This document shows positions 8,140 to 18,531 of a stretch of 64,000 nt of DNA, piece after piece (within the stretch, counting starts at the first letter, position 1; each line of letters starts with the position of its first letter). The translations under genes and the position numbers were made by a program. The stretch comes from an uncultured Actinomycetes bacterium (GTDB lineage Bacteria; Actinomycetota; CADDZG01; JAHWKV01), in the NCBI GenBank assembly GCA_964501265.1, contig CAZCSK010000003.1:67480-131479 (forward strand). Direction: 5' to 3'. The notes below the pieces were generated by a model. It saw only the letters and a program-made list of their open reading frames with translations. It was not told the origin of the DNA and made no database searches.

Positions 8140-9471
8140 TTAGGTCTCCCCCGCGATGCGGCTCGGCAGTTCGGCCATTCGATCGACTAATCGAGAGAGA
8201 GAACGGTCGTGAAACACGGCCAGCGCCGTATGGATGTCGTCGCGAAACGGATCAACCCACCGAGATTCGAGATGCCCCGGCCCGAAGAACACCCCGAGAA
8301 TCGATCCTGCGGTTGCGCCGAAGCTGTCGGTGTCGTTTCCCTGACTGACCTGCTTGCAGATCCCGTCGCCGACGCTCGTCGCGAATCGCAGTGTGTTGAT
8401 GACGGTGCCGACCTCTTGAATGATGCGGCAAAAGCCGTAGCTCTCGTACTTGCTGTGGATCCTTCGGTAGCCGTCGAGCCAGTCGGAGGCGTCGCTCACC
8501 TCGCGAATCGAATCGGCAACCGCTTCGTGAAAACGGCTTCGACTAGGAACGAAACTGAGCGCAGTGCGAAATATCTCGAGCGGATCTTTCGCCACGAACG
8601 CGGTTGCGATCGCTGCTGCGACGAACATCGATCCATAGACGCCCGTCCGGCGGTGAGTCATCGACGCATCACGGTGAGCAAGAGACGCTGCGAGCGCCGG
8701 CTGTCCCGGGCACGCGTAGCCGTATGCGTCGGCCCGGATCAGCGCACCACAAAGTTCGTCGCCCGGGTTAAGTACCGTTACCCACTCTTCGAATTCAGGG
8801 GCGAGTTCTGCCAGGCTGTGCGCGCCCGCCTTGAGCAAAGTGGTTCTCTCTGAGCCGAATGTGGCCGCCACAGGCAAGTTGTACAGCCACAACTGTAGAA
8901 GGTCGGCGTGGGTGAAGTTAAGGCCGTGCTCCTCCAACGCGAGCATTGCGAGGATGGTGTAGTTGATGTCGTCGTCGGGAGCAACATGATCGATGCGCTC
9001 GCGCACCAGTTCTCTCCACTGCCCTTGCTGCTCCTTGAGAGAAAGGATCGCTCGCTCTGATGGATAGTCGTCAAGCGGCCATTCGCCGCCAGGTTCGAGC
9101 GCCTCGCGGATCTCATCGAACGAGGCGTCGATTTCGAAAGGCTTGCCGAGCATGCATCCGCACACGCGCCCAAGGAACGCAGCCCGAACCCGCTGGCGTG
9201 CGTCTTCCGCGTCTATCTGCGCCATGACGCCTAGGGGTCGCTCCGGGTCGCACTCCGTCCAGATCGCGTCGAGGCCCGGTGGCTCAAAATATGGCCAGTC
9301 ATCGCGCATGGGGAGCTCGGATAAGCGGTGAGCGAACAGCGCGAACGAGTCGAGGTTTTCGGGAAGAGCGGCAAGTTCCTCATCGAGGCTCTCCGTCATG
9401 TGTCCTTGCTCGCGCTTGTCGGAAATCACCATCGTCAGGAGCTTTCGAAGCAACTCTACTGAGGGCAGCAT
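8140..9471 (-). CDS. ADP-ribosylglycohydrolase family protein
   Basis: C-terminal GNDTDSFGATAGSILG motif and N-terminal G-rich loop characteristic of ARH/DraG. Start chosen at Met24 of the ORF (9471) to abut the upstream stop; the ORF-track start is 9540. Confidence 0.55.
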   Translation of the reverse strand: MLPSVELLRKLLTMVISDKREQGHMTESLDEELAALPENLDSFALFAHRLSELPMRDDWPYFEPPGLDAIWTECDPERPLGVMAQIDAEDARQRVRAAFLGRVCGCMLGKPFEIDASFDEIREALEPGGEWPLDDYPSERAILSLKEQQGQWRELVRERIDHVAPDDDINYTILAMLALEEHGLNFTHADLLQLWLYNLPVAATFGSERTTLLKAGAHSLAELAPEFEEWVTVLNPGDELCGALIRADAYGYACPGQPALAASLAHRDASMTHRRTGVYGSMFVAAAIATAFVAKDPLEIFRTALSFVPSRSRFHEAVADSIREVSDASDWLDGYRRIHSKYESYGFCRIIQEVGTVINTLRFATSVGDGICKQVSQGNDTDSFGATAGSILGVFFGPGHLESRWVDPFRDDIHTALAVFHDRSLSRLVDRMAELPSRIAGET

Positions 9472-9473
9472 CG

Positions 9474-11650
9474 TCAATCGGCAATGAGAAGTTTGAGCGG
9501 CAGAGCGCGCAGCACTCCATCCACCGGGGCGAAAACGCATAGGTCACCATTCACCGCGAGTGACGAGGTAATCGGGACTCCAAAGTTGATGTCCGAACGG
9601 ATCTCTCCTGAAGTAGAGAGCGTCACGATCCGGCCGTCTCCGAGCGGAACGAGGATGTGTTCATCGATCACGCAAGCGGAAGCCAGAAGCGCTCCGCCCT
9701 CATCGCGATACGGACCCACAGCGATAGGGGCGGATTCTGTAAGGACGGTCTTCCACCGGACCGACCCATCTAAACGGTCGAGACACCAAAGGCTTCCAAT
9801 CCCGGCCGAAGCCAGGAGGCCATCACCGCTCACCACCGGCGCGGCGGGGTTGAACCAGCCAGAGAACGGCGACGACCAGACGATGCTCGCGTCATCAGCG
9901 GACATGCGGTCAATGCGCGATCCCAACCTGATGACGTAGAAATCGGTCGAGCCGGGTTCTCGGCAGAAGCCCGAAACCGGAGTCTTCGGCAGATTGTCTG
10001 CGATTCCCTGCCCGTCCAAGCGATAGATGCTTTCCGGCTTCACATCCTGGGGCCAGATCGTCCTTCCGGTCGACGCCTCGAGTGCCCAGATGTCGGGGAC
10101 TTGCGCCGCGAAGGACAGGATCAGCGTTTCTCCCACGAGTATCGGATGCGCATGGCATGTGATGTTCTCGCGGCTTCCGAGGTCGTCCCGGCGCCACACC
10201 ACTGCCCCGTCCGAGACATCCAGCGCGACAAAACGCGCCACGTCCCCTACGAAGACTCGCTTGCCATCTGTTGCGGGGCGCAGATACGTCCAGAGCCTGA
10301 GAGGCTCGTCGATTTCGGCGCGCCATCGCACGCTACCGTCGGATGGATCGATGCAGACCGTCTCGCCGGTAACGGCGACCGCGACAACAGCGTCGTCTGC
10401 GATCACAACCGATGACTTAACCGCGCTCCCAAGCGCCACCGACCAAACGCGCCGGCCGCTCGATAACTCGAACGCCTCGACGTAGCCTCCGGGCAGGTCC
10501 TCGTTCGCCGACGTTGCGATCGCCAAGTCGCGGTGGATGATCGGCGCGCCGCGAAGGACTCCACCGGATAGGCCGGCGGTCCAGGCGTAGCCCGGATCAT
10601 CGGAAGAGATTCTGCCTGAACGAAAAGTGGCACCCGAAAATTCCTCAGCCCCACGCGCATATGTCGTGACACTCAAGCCCTTACCGTCCCATGTGCCCAC
10701 GCGATAGTGGGCCGGCGAGTAATCGAGTCCTCCGAAATTGGCCGATCCGGTGTTGTAGTGAACTGTCCCGGCTGCCTCCACCACGCGGCTGGTATGCCAG
10801 TGACCAGAGAACGAGGCCAATGGCGTCACTGGCAACCGACCATAAAAGTCACCCAGCATCTGATCATGCGTGAGGAGGATCACCGGCGTCTCGGGGACAA
10901 GAGCAGCAAGGTCCGCCTGCATCCAGCTTTCCTGCGCCTCCGCATCGAAGCCGAGATGATGAGTGGTCCAATCGATAGCTGCGAAATGGACACCGCCGTA
11001 GTCGAACGAATACCAGCGGGGCCCCAGGTGATGATCGTATGGAGTCGTCGGGATTGGGCCGGGATGATTGCCAGGGGCAGGAGCGAACGACATGTGATCG
11101 TGGTTACCGGGGATCGAGTGCACAGGCACAGGCGCCTCAGCGATGCAATCAGCATACGCGCGTAACTCATCGTCCGCGCCGGTATTCGTGTGATCTCCTG
11201 TTGCAATGATGAACGCCGCGTCGTGATGGTGGCGGCCGATCTCCGCCAGGAGTTTACGAAGAACAGCAGGCGTCGTCACGATGCGTTCATGCAGCCCGTC
11301 TTCGTCAGACCAATAGGCAGCGTCACCGGCTTCCCTGCCGAAAGCGCGATCCCCCAGCGAGAGATGGAAATCTGTGATCTGCACGAACTTAAAGGGCACC
11401 GGCTGCTCTTGGAACTCGAGCCGGAACTCCAACGACGAAGAGTCGTAAGGCAAAAACCAGGGATCGGCCGAGTAGCCCGTGGGGCGGGTGATGGTTATGA
11501 AAGGTCCGAACCCCAGTACCTCAAAACTTCCGTCGGCGCCGGTTCGAGTTACGTTCAAGCCATCGGTGACGGTGACACCCTTAGCGCCGCGATCCCCGAT
11601 AAGTACGCGCCCTGCGAGAGGACGTGCCTGCGTCGAGGTCTGGGACATTG
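9474..11650 (-). CDS. Calcineurin-like metallophosphoesterase fused to a PQQ-repeat beta-propeller
   Basis: Metallophosphoesterase motifs ITDFHL...GDHTN...GNHDH. C-terminal half has repeated D-G-x-x-x-W PQQ-like blades. Start trimmed to the ATG at 11650 with GGAGAAAAG RBS; the ORF-track start is 11768. Confidence 0.6.
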
Positions 11651-11754
11651 GCGCTTTTCTCCGATTGTCGAGACTCACTCGACCGCATGGTCGAGCGGTT
11701 GAAGTATAAGTATGAGAAGACCACGCAAAAGCAGGCGGACCCGAGGAGAGAGGG

Positions 11755-12597
11755 ATGAGGTTCCCCAAGTTAGGTCACGAATCGCTGGAGGATATCTTCG
11801 ATCTTTGCCGGCGATCGCTTACCGATCCCCCTGAGAAAGAGGATTTGCAGCGAGCATTGTTCGGCCCGTCCACCGATGCCACTGTGACCGGCGACCCGGA
11901 GCAGGGAGTCGTAGTAACGGTCGTGCGCAACGGCAAAGGTTATGTACGGCTGCTGGCCGTCGATCCAGTTCATCGCGGCAAGGGGATCGGGCGCGCCCTC
12001 ATTGAAGACGCAGAGCAAGATCTCGCGGACTTAGCATCGATTACCGTGGGGGCCGATGCCCCGGATTACTTATGGCCCGGAGTCGACATCCGCGAGACTG
12101 CGGCGATATGCCTTTTCGAAGCGATGGGCTACACGTGTTCTGAAGTTCACTACAACATGTTGGTTGACCTTTCTTCGATCCCGCGCTTTGAGGGAGGCGC
12201 CGAACGCCCAAGGTCCACTGAGCGCGATTCCATCTTGGAATGGTTGGCGCTTCATTGGCCCAACTGGCTGGACGAAGGCATGAGCGGATTCGACCGAGGG
12301 AATTTTCTGGTCGCGCGCGATGAGGAAGGGATAGCCGGCATCGCCGCGTGGAACGTGAATCGCCAAGGATGGTTCGGTCCGACTGCAGTGCGGCCCGCTC
12401 TGGTTGGAAAAGGGTACGGGCGGCCACTGCTCCTCGGCGCCTTAGAAGAGATTCGCCAGGCAGGTGTGAAGAATGCTGAGATCGCCTGGATTGGACCACA
12501 CAAGTTTTACGCGAGGACCGTCGGCGCAACAATCCACCGGACCTTCTGGGCACTCGAAAAGAAGAGGGAGCCGGGAATCGGCAGTGGGCAGGAGTAG
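11755..12597 (+). CDS. GNAT family N-acetyltransferase (possibly tandem GNAT-like halves)
   Basis: Acetyl-CoA binding motif RGKGIGRALIE in the first half; a second similar G-x-G region (GKGYGRPLL) in the C-terminal half. Confidence 0.6.
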   Translation: MRFPKLGHESLEDIFDLCRRSLTDPPEKEDLQRALFGPSTDATVTGDPEQGVVVTVVRNGKGYVRLLAVDPVHRGKGIGRALIEDAEQDLADLASITVGADAPDYLWPGVDIRETAAICLFEAMGYTCSEVHYNMLVDLSSIPRFEGGAERPRSTERDSILEWLALHWPNWLDEGMSGFDRGNFLVARDEEGIAGIAAWNVNRQGWFGPTAVRPALVGKGYGRPLLLGALEEIRQAGVKNAEIAWIGPHKFYARTVGATIHRTFWALEKKREPGIGSGQE

Positions 12598-12624
12598 CCG
12601 TGACGGCTTGGAAATGGTAAAAGG

Positions 12625-12637
12625 TCTATACAAATTC
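12625..12637. promoter_or_regulatory. TCTATACAAATTC, related to the TATACATACAAATC motif, upstream of the Liv-type ABC operon
   Basis: AT-rich island about 50 bp upstream of the livG-like start (12687). Confidence 0.2.
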
Positions 12638-12686
12638 TTGTTTCCCTGACCTTAAGATCGGAAACCGTGACAAGGCGACCGCTGAA

Positions 12687-13544
12687 TTGAGCGATTCACC
12701 AGGGCAAACGCCTGCCCTTGTGGCTCGGGGCGTTGGCGTTTCCTTCGGCGGACTTCGAGCGCTCGACCACGTCGATCTCGATGTTGCCCCCGGCGAGATC
12801 GTCGGCATCATGGGCCCCAACGGCGCAGGCAAAACGACTCTGTTCGACTGCATTAGCGGCTTCATCCCCTCCGAGGGTCACGTCTGGATAGGGGGCCGCG
12901 AGATAACCAGCCTCCCGGCCCACGCACGCGCCGGAGCGGGACTGGGACGAAGCTTTCAGGACGCGAGGCTGTTTCACACGATGACAGTTCTTGAAACATT
13001 GCGGGTGGCATCGGAGCTAACGATGAAGCACGCCGGCGTCGTGTCGGCCCTGCTCGCCCTCCCATCCTCTCGCTCTGCCGAAGGGAGCGCGAGGAAGATT
13101 GCGCTCGAAATGGTCGACGTGATGGGCCTCGGCGCATTCCGTGACAAGTTGATCAAAGAATTGTCAACAGGGACACGGCGAATCGTCGACATTGCTTGCA
13201 TCTCCATCCAAGGTCCTGCAGTCGTGTTGCTCGATGAGCCCTCTTCGGGGATCGCACAGCGAGAGGCCGAGGCCCTGGCCCCGTTGCTCAGAAGACTTCG
13301 CGATCGCCTCGGTTGCGCCATGGTGCTCATCGAACACGACATGCCTCTTCTACTCGGCCTGGCCACCCGCGTCTATGCACTCGAAACGGGAAGGGTCATT
13401 GCGGTCGGCGCGCCGGACGCAGTCGTTCGTCATCCCGCCGTCGTACGCTCTTACCTCGGCGACGACCCTGCCGCGATTGGACGGTCGGGTGTCCTCGCCA
13501 AGAAAACAAAGACAGCGCGCGCCTCCCAGACGCGGGCCGGCTGA
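12687..13544 (+). CDS. HAAT-family ABC transporter ATP-binding protein (LivG-like)
   Basis: Walker A GIMGPNGAGKTTLFDCISGF, LivG-type; signature motif and Walker B present. Confidence 0.75.
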   Translation: MSDSPGQTPALVARGVGVSFGGLRALDHVDLDVAPGEIVGIMGPNGAGKTTLFDCISGFIPSEGHVWIGGREITSLPAHARAGAGLGRSFQDARLFHTMTVLETLRVASELTMKHAGVVSALLALPSSRSAEGSARKIALEMVDVMGLGAFRDKLIKELSTGTRRIVDIACISIQGPAVVLLDEPSSGIAQREAEALAPLLRRLRDRLGCAMVLIEHDMPLLLGLATRVYALETGRVIAVGAPDAVVRHPAVVRSYLGDDPAAIGRSGVLAKKTKTARASQTRAG

Positions 13545-13553
13545 GGAGACCCT

Positions 13554-15542
13554 TTGGACATCATTACGATCGGCCTGGTGTTCGGAATGGCGAATGCCCT
13601 TCTCGCGATGGGTCTGGTGCTCATTTACATGTCGAACCGAGTGATCAACCTTGCCCATGGGGAATTGGGAGCGTTCGCAGTGGCGATGATGCTGGCGCTC
13701 ACGAGGGCGGCTCGACTGAACTACTGGCTTGCCATTTTGATCAGCCTTGCATCGACTGCGGTTCTGGCGGCAATCATAGAACGTAGCATTCTTCGAAGGC
13801 TCTTCCGCAGTCCCCGCCTAATCGTCCTAATCGCAACGATTGGTATTGCGCAACTCATTATCGTGGCCCGCTTGATTCTGCCCAAGCCAACGGCGGGGGG
13901 CGAGAAAGCCTATTTGGTGGGATCGCAAGTCTTCCCGGTGCCTTTCTCCTTCCAGCCGATCGAGTTTGGAAGGGTCGTTCTGCAGTCCCAGCACTTCATC
14001 GCGCTCATCGTGGGGCCTCTCGTTGCCGGCGCCGTCCTTCTTTTTCTTCGCCATTCCTCGTACGGAATCGCGCTCCGCGCGGCGGCACAGAACATGCCGC
14101 GGGCGCGCCTGCTGGGGATCCCGGTCCTTAGAGTCTCGACCATGGCGTGGGTGATTGCTGGGGTCATGTCGGCGATTGCCGCGATACTGCTGGCCCCCCT
14201 CATCGGGTACTCCTCGACCGAAGCGATTGGGCTCCCCCTATTGATGAGGGGCCTGGCCGCCGCAATGGCCGCCCGAATGGAGTCCGTGGGGACCGCCTTC
14301 GGCGTCGGACTCGGGCTCGGGGTTCTGGATCAATTGGTCTTCTTTTGGACGGGAAAGGCCGACCTCACCGAGATCGTTTTATTCGCAGTGATCTTGATCA
14401 CGCTTCTCTCTCGAAAAGGCGTGCTGAAGCGAACGGTTTCCTCGGAGGAATCTTCCTGGGAAGTCGCCGAACCGATTCGACCTCTTCCTCTAGAAGTCGC
14501 CGCTCAAATGAAGTGGCGTCTGGCCGTCGCGGCGGGGGCAGTTGTTCTCGCCGGACTGACCTTGAGGGCACCGTTTTCGCTCGGCGACTCGTCGGTTTTC
14601 TTCCTTGCAACCGTGCTGCTATTGGCAGTGGTTGCCGTCTCGGCGACTGTACTGACCGGTTGGGCCGGTCAGATGTCACTCGGCCAATGGGCGCTCGCAG
14701 GGGTCGGAGGAGTTTTCGGAGCCAAACTCATCGTGAGTTTCGAGTTGCCCTATTGGGGAGCGTTCGTCCTGGCCGCCATCACGGGGGGCATAGTTGCTCT
14801 CATCATCGGCCTTCCGGCGCTTCGGTTGGAGGGAACGGCTCTTGCGGTCATTACGCTCGGCTTCGCGGTTGCAGCGGAGGGATGGCTCTTCAAGCAGCCC
14901 TGGTTCCAAGGATCTGGATTCCTGCTACGGCCAGCCTTCATGACCACACGGGTTTATTACTTCGTCTCACTTGGTTTGCTGCTCGCCACAATCCACGCAA
15001 CACGCGCCTTTCAGCGCACGCGCGTAGGACGCAACATGATTGCCATGCGCGACAATCCCCTTCAGGCGTCGGCAATGGGGGTCCCCATCGTGCGCGCAAA
15101 GCTCACGGCCTTTGTTATGTCGGGAATGCTGGCCGCTGCGGCGGGGTTTCTTTGGTCGACCGGTATCGGATTGGCCGACAACAGCGTGTTTGGCCCGATA
15201 CGTTCACTCACGATCATCTCCGCAGTCGTAATCGGGGGGCTCGGCTCCATATCCGGCGCTGTTATCGGAGCGTTCTATTTGCAAGGGATTCCCTTTTTCG
15301 GCGCCATGATCTCTCCTCATTTGGCGCTACTCGCGACCGGATTGGGACTGCTGCTTCTCGTGATCCTGCTGCCCGGGGGATTGGCTCGTTTGGTTTTCGG
15401 CGCCCGCGACCTGCTGGCGCAATGGATCACCGGGATCGAAGTCAAACCTAAAGTGGTGCCTGTCTCGTCTGTCCTGGATGCGCTGGGCGGAGACTTTGCG
15501 CCGGCTGCGGAGGAAACCGTGACTCAGGCGGCACATCAGTGA
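13554..15542 (+). CDS. Fused LivH/LivM-type branched-chain-amino-acid-family ABC permease (two BPD_transp_2 domains)
   Basis: 662 aa, two tandem blocks of about 8 TM helices each with Liv-permease-like composition. Adjacent to LivG/LivF ATPases. Confidence 0.7.
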   Translation: MDIITIGLVFGMANALLAMGLVLIYMSNRVINLAHGELGAFAVAMMLALTRAARLNYWLAILISLASTAVLAAIIERSILRRLFRSPRLIVLIATIGIAQLIIVARLILPKPTAGGEKAYLVGSQVFPVPFSFQPIEFGRVVLQSQHFIALIVGPLVAGAVLLFLRHSSYGIALRAAAQNMPRARLLGIPVLRVSTMAWVIAGVMSAIAAILLAPLIGYSSTEAIGLPLLMRGLAAAMAARMESVGTAFGVGLGLGVLDQLVFFWTGKADLTEIVLFAVILITLLSRKGVLKRTVSSEESSWEVAEPIRPLPLEVAAQMKWRLAVAAGAVVLAGLTLRAPFSLGDSSVFFLATVLLLAVVAVSATVLTGWAGQMSLGQWALAGVGGVFGAKLIVSFELPYWGAFVLAAITGGIVALIIGLPALRLEGTALAVITLGFAVAAEGWLFKQPWFQGSGFLLRPAFMTTRVYYFVSLGLLLATIHATRAFQRTRVGRNMIAMRDNPLQASAMGVPIVRAKLTAFVMSGMLAAAAGFLWSTGIGLADNSVFGPIRSLTIISAVVIGGLGSISGAVIGAFYLQGIPFFGAMISPHLALLATGLGLLLLVILLPGGLARLVFGARDLLAQWITGIEVKPKVVPVSSVLDALGGDFAPAAEETVTQAAHQ

Positions 15543-17611
15543 GCACTCCTCCAATCGTTCCAGTTCTAGGCTGGGGGCCGCGCGCGCTCGCTGCCCGGTT
15601 CTCCAGATATCTAGCCGGCGAGGCAACCTTCCCAATCGTCGTCCTGTTCTTGCTGAATGCCGTCGACGAGTTCGACAGCAAAACTTTCGAAGTTGCCAGT
15701 CCCGAGATCGCCAAGCACTTCGGCGTTGGGGTCGGGACGTTCGGACTGATCACCGTCATAGCGATCCTCTTGGTCCCGTTTGTTAGTGTTCCTGTGGCCT
15801 ATTTGTCGGACCGCCGCAAACGCATGCCTTTCGCGATCGCCGGCGCCGCGGCCTGGGGCGCTTTCTCGCTGGCCAGCGGGTTTGCGCCCACGCTTTTCAT
15901 ACTGATGGCTGCGCGCGTCGGATCGGGTTTCGGCAAGGTTGTTAACGAACCTGTCCACAGCGCTCTCATCGCTGATTTCTATTCTCCGCGTTCTCGGGTA
16001 AAAGCATTTGGCATTCACAGCCTCGCGAATCCCGCTGGCGGGGCCATAGCGGCAGTTCTTACGGGCTTCATCGCCGAAGCCTTCGGGTGGCGCGCGCCGT
16101 TCTTCGTGCTGACGATCCCCACGGTCATAGCGTTGTTCGTCGGTTCACGCCTCAAGGAGCCGGAGCGAGGTCGATTTGAAAAACTCGAAACACCCAAAGC
16201 GCCCCCCTTCATGCCGACTGCGCGCCGTCTATGGGCAGTGCGATCTCTGCGTTTTCAATGGATAGGTCTTGCGTTCACAAGCGGATCGGTGCTCGGCGTG
16301 GGAATACTGATCCCCTTCTTTCTTGAAGAAGAGTTCGGCGTCGGGCTCGGGCTACGCGGTGTGCTAATCGGGATCGGCACCTTGCTCTCGGCGATTGGAG
16401 TGTTGGTGGGTACAGCATTCGCGCAAAAGGTGATCATCGAGCGTCCAAGCAGCGGCCTCCGCTTGCTTTGCTGGACGGCGATCGTGGCGGCGATTTCGCT
16501 CCTCGGGGTTGCTGTGTCTCCGACTCTTACCTTGGTGATGTTCTTCATATGGATAGTGATGGTGGTGTTTGCCTTCGTCAACCCGGGTCTGCGCGCGATC
16601 ACAGCGATGGTGGCGCCCCCCGAAATTCGGGCCTCGGCCTTCGCGCTCGGCGGGCTGGTTGCCCTTTCCGGCGCGGGGTTCGCACTCGGAGGGTTTGCGA
16701 TCGGCGAAGCATTCTCAGTTCGCTGGTCTCTCGCGGTGATGTCTCCCATCTTCTTCCGCGGTGTTCTCTACTTCTTCAAGGCTGCGAAGTATCTCGACGA
16801 CGATGTCGAACGGCTCGACCCAGCCCATGTAGATAAGGCACGCGGCACCGCCGGAGACTCGGGACCCGTGCTGCTTGAAGTGTCGAGGCTGACGGTCTCC
16901 TACGACGGAGTGCAGGTTCTTTTCGGCGTCGACATGGAGATACGCCGCGGCGAGATGGTTGCTCTGCTTGGGACCAACGGCGCGGGTAAATCGACCGTTC
17001 TAAATGCGATCTCAGGGATCGTTGAGCCCGACGGAGGTAACGTCTGGTTCGAGGGCGAAGCCGTCACCGGAGAGGCCCCCGAACGCACCGCCGCGCGCGG
17101 GATTATCCAGGTGCCCGGAGGCCGGGGGATCTTCCCTGGGCTCACCGTCGAAGAGAACCTCAGGATGGGAAGCTTTCTCATCCGGCGCGACGGCGCCCTG
17201 GTCACGGAACGGATGAATGAAGTCCTCGACTTGTTCCCTCGCCTTGCCGAGAGGATGCAGCAGCGGGCGGGGCTGCTCTCGGGCGGAGAGCGACAGATGC
17301 TCACGCTGGCCCAATCGTTCGTGCTTCACCCCAAGCTTCTTCTCATCGATGAACTCTCGCTGGGACTCGCGCCGGCGCTCATACAGGAGCTGCTCGTGGC
17401 GGTTCGGCGGATGAACGAATCCGGTATCACGATCGTCCTTGTCGAACAGTCGGTGAACCTCGCGCTGACGCTGGCCGACCGCGCATATTTCATGGAAAAA
17501 GGCGAAGTGCGTTTCTCTGGCCCAACCGCGGGGCTCTTTGAAAGAGACGATCTCCTGAGGTCCGTTTTCCTTGAGGGGGCGAGCGCGGTGAGCAAAGCAA
17601 AGAAGACCTAG
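15539..17611 (+). CDS. Fusion protein: N-terminal MFS-like 12-TM domain + C-terminal LivF-type ABC ATPase
   Basis: N-terminal ~420 aa hydrophobic, with MFS motif-A-like LSDRRKRMPF and R-x-x-x-G-x-G (ARVGSGFGK). C-terminal Walker A GTNGAGKST (LivF-type), LSGGERQ signature and Walker B LLLIDE. Confidence 0.65.
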   Translation: MSTPPIVPVLGWGPRALAARFSRYLAGEATFPIVVLFLLNAVDEFDSKTFEVASPEIAKHFGVGVGTFGLITVIAILLVPFVSVPVAYLSDRRKRMPFAIAGAAAWGAFSLASGFAPTLFILMAARVGSGFGKVVNEPVHSALIADFYSPRSRVKAFGIHSLANPAGGAIAAVLTGFIAEAFGWRAPFFVLTIPTVIALFVGSRLKEPERGRFEKLETPKAPPFMPTARRLWAVRSLRFQWIGLAFTSGSVLGVGILIPFFLEEEFGVGLGLRGVLIGIGTLLSAIGVLVGTAFAQKVIIERPSSGLRLLCWTAIVAAISLLGVAVSPTLTLVMFFIWIVMVVFAFVNPGLRAITAMVAPPEIRASAFALGGLVALSGAGFALGGFAIGEAFSVRWSLAVMSPIFFRGVLYFFKAAKYLDDDVERLDPAHVDKARGTAGDSGPVLLEVSRLTVSYDGVQVLFGVDMEIRRGEMVALLGTNGAGKSTVLNAISGIVEPDGGNVWFEGEAVTGEAPERTAARGIIQVPGGRGIFPGLTVEENLRMGSFLIRRDGALVTERMNEVLDLFPRLAERMQQRAGLLSGGERQMLTLAQSFVLHPKLLLIDELSLGLAPALIQELLVAVRRMNESGITIVLVEQSVNLALTLADRAYFMEKGEVRFSGPTAGLFERDDLLRSVFLEGASAVSKAKKT

Positions 17612-18531
17612 GAGCTGTTAGTCCCGTCGGTTCCCCTTAGAAATTCCAAGATCCTTTGCGTCGCCTCCGCGCGGCGAGTGAAGAGAAATACATGGCCGGC
17701 TTGTTCGTACACCCCGAGTTGAGCGCCCTTGATCGCGTCGGCGTGAAACTGTGCCTGTTCGAGAGGCACGGTGGGATCTGTATCGCCGTGAAGGATCAGG
17801 GTGGAACAAACGATTTCGCTTAGATCGGGCAGCCCGTCGCCGCGGGCGAGATCAATCTGAGCCAAATCGTTACGAAGTCCAGCGAGTCCAGGAGGAGCGT
17901 CGAGATGACTAAGGGCAAAGCGGGTCAGTTCCTTGGCCATAGACGGGTCTTCGGCGCGACGCAGCATTTCGTCCGGTGTGAGATTCTTCTCCGCTTCCCG
18001 TTGGAACGAACGAGGGTCATCGACCCTCTTTCGAGCAAGGGAGCGCGTGAGGGCACTCACGGCCTCTCCGAGTCCAGGGATTCTCAAAAGAATCCGCATC
18101 TGAGTCGGGGGCCGGATCATGTGGGCCGCCAATGCGCAGACCAGAACTAGAGCCCGCGTGCGCTCATGATGTTTTTCGGCAAAGGCGATCGCCGAGGGAC
18201 CGCCTCCGGAGATTCCGACCACGGCGCAGCCTTCGATGCCTAAAGCATCCAGCGCGGCGGCAAAAGCATCCGCCTGCTGCACGAAGGTCCGCCCCGTGGA
18301 AACCGGAGTTGCGCCGTAACCCGGACGGGAAACGAGCAAGACCGTAAAGCAGGACGCGATGTCTTCTGCCAGCGATATCGCCTGTCGCCAGCTACCCGGT
18401 GTTCCGTGGACAAGAAGCACCGCGGGGCCTTCACCTGCCTTCGCCACCTCGATCGGTCCGCGTGCCGTGTCGAGCATCTCGACACGCAATCCTTCGAGCG
18501 ATGTACCCCAAGCCTGTGGGTGAACGGTCAT
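17608..18531 (-). CDS. Alpha/beta hydrolase fold protein
   Basis: HG oxyanion motif LLVHGTPGS and nucleophile elbow GISGGG. Confidence 0.65.
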   Translation of the reverse strand: MTVHPQAWGTSLEGLRVEMLDTARGPIEVAKAGEGPAVLLVHGTPGSWRQAISLAEDIASCFTVLLVSRPGYGATPVSTGRTFVQQADAFAAALDALGIEGCAVVGISGGGPSAIAFAEKHHERTRALVLVCALAAHMIRPPTQMRILLRIPGLGEAVSALTRSLARKRVDDPRSFQREAEKNLTPDEMLRRAEDPSMAKELTRFALSHLDAPPGLAGLRNDLAQIDLARGDGLPDLSEIVCSTLILHGDTDPTVPLEQAQFHADAIKGAQLGVYEQAGHVFLFTRRAEATQRILEFLRGTDGTNSS

